Shown in pieces: positions 56,903 to 64,000 of a stretch of DNA of 64,000 nucleotides. A program made the translations under genes and the position numbers. The notes under the pieces are model-generated. The model ran no database searches and was not told the origin of the DNA. It saw nothing but the letters and a program-made list of their open reading frames with translations. The DNA is from Cycas panzhihuaensis. Lineage: Eukaryota; Plantae; Cycadophyta. The stretch's first letter is position 1; each line of letters starts with the position of its first letter. The stretch is from the NCBI GenBank assembly GCA_023213395.1, contig CM041465.1, positions 88,481,741 to 88,545,740 on the forward strand. Direction: 5' to 3'.

Positions 56903-59081
56903 CTTTGTTGATATATTGACCAATTATTTTATTATATTTTTAGGGTGGTTTGCTTATAAATTAAGCCCATGCCCTATGCTTTATACATTGGATTTTATTA
57001 CATGCGTAAGCTCTACCAAAATTGAGATGCACAAGGTAATCAATTAAACCATAGAATATTCTGTATTTAACTCTATTATCTGCTTTTAAGTTATTTATGT
57101 CAATGCATATTAATTTAGATCTTGTTGCTTGATTTAACATGGCATCATAGCCTATTATGTGTATTTCGTTTAATATTTTGTGAGTTTTGGTTAAAACAAT
57201 GGTCTTTTATCAATAATGACATCCCGTTCTCATCATTTTTAAAATTTTTAACAAATATAAGTAGCATAAGATAAATATGATTCTACAATAGGTGCTTTCC
57301 ATCACATATTATCTTTTATGTACATGTTGACATGTTTGTAGTCCACATGCCTCTTTGCTCTAGTTTCATATGAAAATGATAAAACGACACATCATTTCCA
57401 CCGCTCAACCTCTATTTTACTATATACTAATATATGGTGGTTCTAAAGCTATTCATACTCATTTTATTTTACTACAAATCTATCTAGAGCAGGATGTATA
57501 GACATATAGGCCCATTGGGTCTAATTTAATCTACCATTAAGGAGTCACTACTTATTTTTGTCTATAGTTCACGTGGAAATCCTAAGGTCGTGGATATGTT
57601 TGAGTTCTTGGACCCATTTGAAAGCCTATAATAGTAGAAAACCCAACATACATCATATCCGGACTAGCACAATTATCACTAGATCGATATGTATCGAAAA
57701 TGATAATGTTTTCATCAATTTCTCCTCACAAAGTGGATGCAAAAGTTGCACATCCAACATGACTATTAAAATTTAATTTTAATCTTTATTTTTTAAAGTT
57801 TGATCTATATTAAATTAAATTTGATTTGGGATTGAGATTTGTTGAAGAGGATTAGTCTATTAGTCATATTTAACCCCATAGGATTGGGGTTTAGTTATAA
57901 AAAGGCGATTCTAAAGATTATAAGCTACTTTTTATAATTTTGTATAATAAAAACTTTATTTTATATTTCATACTCTTTTGAGGTCTACTAAGCCTTTTGG
58001 AGTCTATTCGGTGGTCACATGCATTTGTTTTATGATTGGGGGCCAACCAATAAAGAGGGCTTAACCCAACTCTACCTTATCTTTTGCCCTTAAGGAGTAC
58101 TTATTAATATTTTGACCATAACGTTTCAATGGAAAGTCAAATTTAAGCACTATCTAAACCATTAGAAAGTTGATTCATAGGGCTACAACTTGGAGGTTCA
58201 TCTAAATTTGAGTATTCTTTTAAGGGATTATTAGCAAATAAAGTTGACATTCTTATTTGAGTTGTGCTAAGGCTTATTTTCATTAATTAAAAGCCTTAGT
58301 TTTATTTTTGGAAAAGATATTTTATTGCTAAATGCTATTTTCATCATTTAGTTGGTTGTCCTACTCTATTTTTTGGGCTAATAAGTGCTTGTAGTTTGTT
58401 ATTGTATGTGTCCTCTTGAGTGAAAGAGGTTAGGTTTCACTTGTGAAAAGTCCATAAAAAAGAGCTCCATAACCCTATCTTTTATCTTTAAGTTATTTTC
58501 CTTAGTTTCTTTACTTTTATTTTTCATAAAAATAATCTCATATGTAAATAAGACCACATCCTAAACTCAAATTTTAACTCAAAACTAAGAAAGATAATTC
58601 CTAATTCATAAGAAAACCTTTTCTAGCCTTGTAAGGAGAATGATTAAGACCCCAAGTTACCACTCCACATACATCTTTGGTTTTTCTCAAACTTTGAATA
58701 CATTAAAGAAACCCATTAGCTATTAGGGTATTAAGTGGTGTTGAGATATAAACCCTACCTTAGTGTTTAAAGGCTTGACTAAATGCGAGGGAGTGAGTTC
58801 CTTAGTTAATAATTTTCAACTAGATTTATCACTAGACATAAGTTTGGTATATGTGGACTAACAAGTCAAGGGATTTTTAACCTTCTTAGTAGCTCATATA
58901 CTGAGTTATATAGAGCATTAAACTTATGTATCAGTATATAGCATCCCTAATTTGCTACTTATGGGTAGATACCACTAGATAGGATAGCAACCAAGGACTT
59001 CTTGGAGCCCTCTAAACTTAGTAACCCATTAGGTGGATAAGACATAAAAGGACACTAAAAGACACATAGAGTCACTCTAAA

Positions 59082-62000
59082 ATGGCAACCCAAATGTTCC
59101 TATCCAATTCTATCAAACTTAATGGCATAAATAATTTCTTAGCTTAAAAGAAATAAGTTAAGAACCTTCTTATCATGAATGACTATTGGGCTTATATCAA
59201 TGGAGATATACCCCTACCTACATCTACCAACGACCCAAATGATACTACCATTGTCATCCCACTTGATCTAGTTGCCTTAACCAACTTCAATGTTAAGGAT
59301 AATATAGCCTTATAATTTCTCCACTTGACTATAGAAGACTAAGTGGATCAAAATATAGAAATTATTCAAACCTCTCATGAAGCTTAGAGCATCTTATGCT
59401 CCCTCTATAAGAGGAGAGATGAGTCAAGATCAACAACATTAAAGGTACACTTGTTTAGAATACCTTTATTAGAATTGTCATCATCCACTTAACTAAGGTA
59501 AAAATAATAAGAAACCAACTCATAATTCTTAGTGAACCTACATCTGATCATGACTTAGTGTCTAGCATCCTTAATATCCTTCTTATAGAATACAATAGCT
59601 TTGTGTCCAAACTTTATAATAATTATACCAAAATGGACTTCATCACTTTTGAAAGACTTTTTCTCAGAGAGGAGAACATCCTTAATTACTAAAGAGTGGC
59701 ATCTACTTTTAACTTTGTGCTTATATTTATAGCCAAGAATTTAGAAAAGAATAGACTAAGTAAATAGCCAAGTAAGTAGCCATGTCATTGATAAACCCTT
59801 AAGCAAGAGTTTGACTCCCTTAACATCTCATAACAACCACATTAGTAGCCAACATATCAATAATAATGATCTCAATAGGTTGGCACTTCATCATAACAAA
59901 CTCATCACCTCAACAACTACATCAACCATAATAACCTTAACAACCAAGGAATCAATAGTGTTAAAAAATATCACTTGCATGTATTGTGGGAAGAATAAAC
60001 ATTTGGCTATTAATTGTAGGAGAAGACAAGCTTTATTTTAGATGTTTCAAAATTAAGGGAATAATTTTGTAGGCTAAACTTTCAATAAGATGGACCTAGC
60101 TTCTAATAAGGTAGACCTAGTTTTTAACTAGGAGGCCCAACCCTTCAACAAGAAGCCCCATACCTTTAATAAGAAAAATTCAATCTTCAACAAGGAGGCC
60201 CTAATTTTCCATAAGGAGGGCTAATCGATTAATAACTAGACTAATTCTTACAATAGAATTGGGATCAAAGACAAAATTAAAATTAATGCCAACCAAATAT
60301 ACAAAGTGATTCTAACCAAGAACTCTAAAGAACAACCAAAACTCTCAATAAGGAGGTAATATGCTAGACACTCAAGACTCCTCCTAAAATTTATTCCTTA
60401 CAACTTTGTCATCCCAACATGATGATAATTCTTGGTTACTAGATTCAAAGTGCCACATGCCAATGGATCATCATAAAAGACATGTTGGAGGAGATATATC
60501 CATTCAACACTTAAATAATCATATTTCGAGGTAACCTCACCTATGATGTGACCAAAAGTGGAAGGGCTCCCATTGTATTAAAGGATTCCAAAATATGACA
60601 ACATATCAACAATGTATTCTTAATTTTAGGCATGAAGATAAACCTACCTTCTATTAGTCAAATTGATAAGAAGAACCTAGATGTCCTCTTTAGTTAAAGC
60701 ATCTGTATTATTATTAATTACACTAATAGATAACTTATTGCAACAAGACATGAGGATAGTAGCTTATATAAGCTTGACAGAGTTCTCCTTGCCACTAGTC
60801 CACCATAAAAATCCTGTTCAATGGTATAGAATAATCAACTTGACAAGGAGAAAACAATCATGGTTGAAGACTTATCTCTTGTCTAAGAACAAGGTGAATT
60901 CTCTAATTTTAAAGAAAAATCTACCTTAAACAACACCAAAGACTAGCTATGACATCAACACCTTGGTCACTTAAATATGCAGAGCTTAAATCTTATGTCT
61001 AGGCTTCATATGGTACATGCACTTCTAGTCATCTAGAGAAATAGATGCATTTGTGAGGCTTGCTTAATGAGAAAATGATAAAGAGAAAAATTTCCATCTA
61101 AGAATAAATGAAGCCTCAAAATCATTGGGATTAGTCTACTTAAATATTTGTAGACCCATGTTAGTCCCCTCTCTCAATGGAAGCATGTTCTTCATGACAT
61201 TTATAGATGACTATTGTAAGAAAGTGTAGGTCTACTTCCCAAGGAATAAGTACCAAGCCCTTGAAAAATTTAAAGAATTCAAGGTTAAGGTAGAGAATGA
61301 AAGTGGCATGAATATCAAGATCCTAAGATTTGATAATGGATGGGAGTAGATATCAAACAAATTCATCAATTTTACAAATAATATGGTATCAACCACCAAT
61401 TCTCGATTACCTCATACACCTTAGTAAAATAGTGTAGTAGAAAGGATGAATCAAACATTGGTGAATAAAGAAAAGCCATGTTGAGTGTTGCTAATATCAA
61501 CTATTGCATATTTAACTAATAGAAATATCATAATAATAGTCAAAGATATCACCCCTACGGAGGCTTGGTCAAGAATCAAACTAATAGCTTCTTACTTAAA
61601 GATATTTTGATGCACAACTTACAAATTCATTCCTAAGGAGAATAGGAAGAAGTTAGATGACAAAAGCCTTAAGTATATTTTCCTTGGTTATGTACACGGA
61701 CGTAAAGGTTATAATATTTATGACATTATTAGAAACTAAGTCTACAATACTCGTGGATAAAATATTTGAAAGTACTTAGGACCTAGATACCTCACAAATC
61801 TAATTTATAGTAGAAGATGATGTTCATACACCTGAAGTGCCTCTTGCACTAATTTTGGAGCCACTAACACCTACATCCTCTTATATACTAGGTTCATCTT
61901 TAGCTCTAGTAGCCCCAACATCTACATCAGATGCTAGCACATCAATGCCACCCATTTCAGTTGATGACCTTTAGGTGGAAGCCACCAATTTTAACCACCT

Positions 62001-63288
62001 CCTAAGTGGGTCCAACAATTACTAAAGGATGCTTCTCCTCCTCCCATAACTGCCAAAAGAGCATAAAAAGTAAGACACTCCATCATCTTTGCCTTAATGG
62101 AACATGTCTTAGAAACCTCTAAGCCTTCTACATTTAAGGAGGCAATCGAAGACCAAATGTAAAAAGTAGCAATGGATGAAGAGATGAGTTCCATCTTGAA
62201 AAATGAAACTTAGGAGCTAACAGTATTGCCATATAGGAAAAATCCAATTAATTATTAATGGCTCTATAAAACTAAGTTTCATGCGATGGCAATCACAAAT
62301 ATTACAAAACTTGTCTAGTTGCAAAAGGTTTCAAATAACAGGAGGGGATAGACTATGATGAGACCGATGCCTTGGTAGCCAATATAATCGCATTCCATTT
62401 GGTGATGTCTCTAGGAGGCCAATTCAACTGGCCAATATACTAAATAGATGTGAAGAGTGCTTTCCTCAATAAAGAGCTCATAGAAGAGGTTTTTTAAAGA
62501 AACCTCTTAGCTATGTTATTCTTGGTAAAGAACACTTAGTTTGTAAGTCTAAGAAGGCCTTATATGGATTGAAGTGTACCACATAACTAGTATATAAAAA
62601 TTGATGCTTTTTTAACCAACATGGATTCTATCATTCACCTTTTGCGCCAAACTTATACATTCAGATTAGAGAAAATTAGATCACCATTATTATACTCTAT
62701 GTAGACAACTTGGCAATCATAAGCAATGACAATAAAGGCATAGCTTAGTTATAATCTAAATTGAAAAGCAACTTTGAGATGATAGATCTTAAGTTGCCAC
62801 ACTATTTCCTTGGTATTGAAGTATGGTAGGATCTAGGACATATCTTCTTATCACAATCAAAGTATGCCAATGAACTCTTACAACAATTTAAAATAATAGA
62901 ATGTTGGCAAGCCCCAATTCTAATGGAAATGGGAACTAAGCTAAACCCGGATGAACAAGACAAGTCATTTGATCCTACTTTATCTTGGCGGTTAGTTGGG
63001 AAGCATCATTTACCTCACACATACTTTCCTAGATATTTCTTATGCAATTAAGATATGCTCCGTACATGTCAAAGCCAAAAATATCCCATTAGAAAGATGC
63101 TACTAGAATCCTTAAGTACATTTGTAATATATATCAATTTGGATTTGACTACAACCAAACTAAATTTCCTATCTTGAAAGGACACATAGATGCTAATTGG
63201 GTAGGTTTCCAAGATACATACCATTCAACATTGGGTACTATTTTGATATAGATTTAGCTATAAACTCTTGAAGTTACAAGAAGTAGCT
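59082..63288 (+). pseudogene. copia gag-pol pseudogene of element H
   Basis: MATQMFLSNSIKLNGINNFLA Gag start, CMYCGKNKHLAINC knuckle, FMTFIDDY integrase, DVKSAFLN and YVDN RT. Heavily deaminated. Confidence 0.9.
60080..60226 (+). repeat. 21-bp coding minisatellite, 7 copies (consensus about FQQGGPN)
   Basis: Units such as cttcaacaaggaggccctaat recur every 21 nt. Confidence 0.85.
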
Positions 63289-64000
63289 TGTAATGACCCC
63301 ATACTACATGTAATAGGGTAGAAGGTTAAGGGTTAAGGAGGATAAGAATATGGGATTAGGTAGCTCAGTAGTAACATAATATAATAATGGGTGGCCCTCT
63401 TATAAATATGGCACCCCCATCTTATGTAAGGTAGCTTGATATATTTTGAATACAATCTATTAGGGTTCACTTCAGTGCCCCTTTTGGTCTTCAGTTTGGT
63501 GACCATTCTATTTTCCAGCTTTATTCCCTCTTACTCTCTTATGGTTACAGGAGTTGGCTTATAACAAGTGGTATCAGATCTAGGGCAAGGGTAATTTTTT
63601 TTTTATTTCCTCTTTATTTATTGTAGGTATTAAAGATATAATCCTTAGTGGAGGATTGGAAATCCTATTGAAGGGTTTACAACGCTAAAGATCCTACTTA
63701 TGGCTAAAAATAAATACCCTAATAAGGATTTGTTCACTTTGCTACTAAAGTTTCAAGAGACCCATTATTATTTTACATTTAGTGTTTATGTGAGAAGCAA
63801 TTTATCACTTATGAAGAGTCGCCATTCTAAGAATATTAGAGATCTACCTATAGTCTTCATTATAGATGATATTTTATATCACTTAAAATCATAGTGGATG
63901 GACATAATATAGGGTCAAAGCTCTATTATCATGGAGGATTTTCGCTATTGGCCCACGCCCAAATCCTTGTTGTGAGTGTAAGACTCTATGCCTTTAGATC
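63289..64000 (+). mobile_element. 5' end of LTR element I inserted in H RNase H
   Basis: tgtaatgacccc...ataaca LTR (63289-63566) with tataaata, then PBS tggtatcagatc (63569-63580). H coding similarity stops abruptly at 63288. Superfamily not determined. Confidence 0.8.

Larger units (their letters stand above)
48306..63288 (+). mobile_element. Ty1/copia element H (relative of D; 5' LTR split by F; RNase H interrupted by I)
   Basis: LTR inferred as 48306-48338 plus 56908-57139. Its start tgatgtaaagattggttgagttcatta resembles the D LTR start. PBS-like tggcatcatagcc at 57140-57152. gag-pol is colinear with D. Confidence 0.75.

Noticed and set aside
60080-60226. Regularly spaced repeats as a CRISPR array (also 5906-5964 and 20580-20730)
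   Set aside because: Tandem units without unique spacers, no cas genes, eukaryotic TE context.
37700-63288. Fungal RIP as the cause of C>T excess
   Set aside because: The element lineages (Tat with aRH, Tnt1-like copia) are plant types, and methyl-cytosine deamination is sufficient.
63700-63894. ORF as Gag of element I
   Set aside because: The position fits, but I recognise no motif and the window ends.

Overview
AT-rich eukaryotic heterochromatin, most likely from a large-genome plant and probably a gymnosperm. It consists almost entirely of old, decayed, nested LTR retrotransposons, and no host gene or RNA gene is visible. I resolve seven Ty1/copia elements (A, B, C, D, E, G, H), a copia RNase H/LTR fragment, a solo LTR, a non-autonomous LTR element (F), several orphan LTRs and a Ty3/gypsy Tat element whose extra archaeal-type RNase H lies between protease and RT. 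Five insertions (C, D, E, F and the solo LTR) keep exact 5-bp target-site duplications. There is a 500-N assembly gap at 30593-31092 and a ~3-kb compound (TA/CA) microsatellite. All gag-pol frames are broken, mostly by C>T/G>A changes. The most unusual observations are: (i) LTRs that have absorbed a primer-binding site into U5 (element F, and a second case at 8.5 kb); (ii) a conserved, apparently structured ~460-nt block with a reconstructable palindrome just upstream of the gag AUG in two relatives with ~1.9-kb leaders; (iii) Q/N/G-rich prion-like inserts after the Gag zinc knuckle; (iv) an 81-bp U3 duplication confined to one 5' LTR. None is proven to be a new system. All alignments were done by eye.
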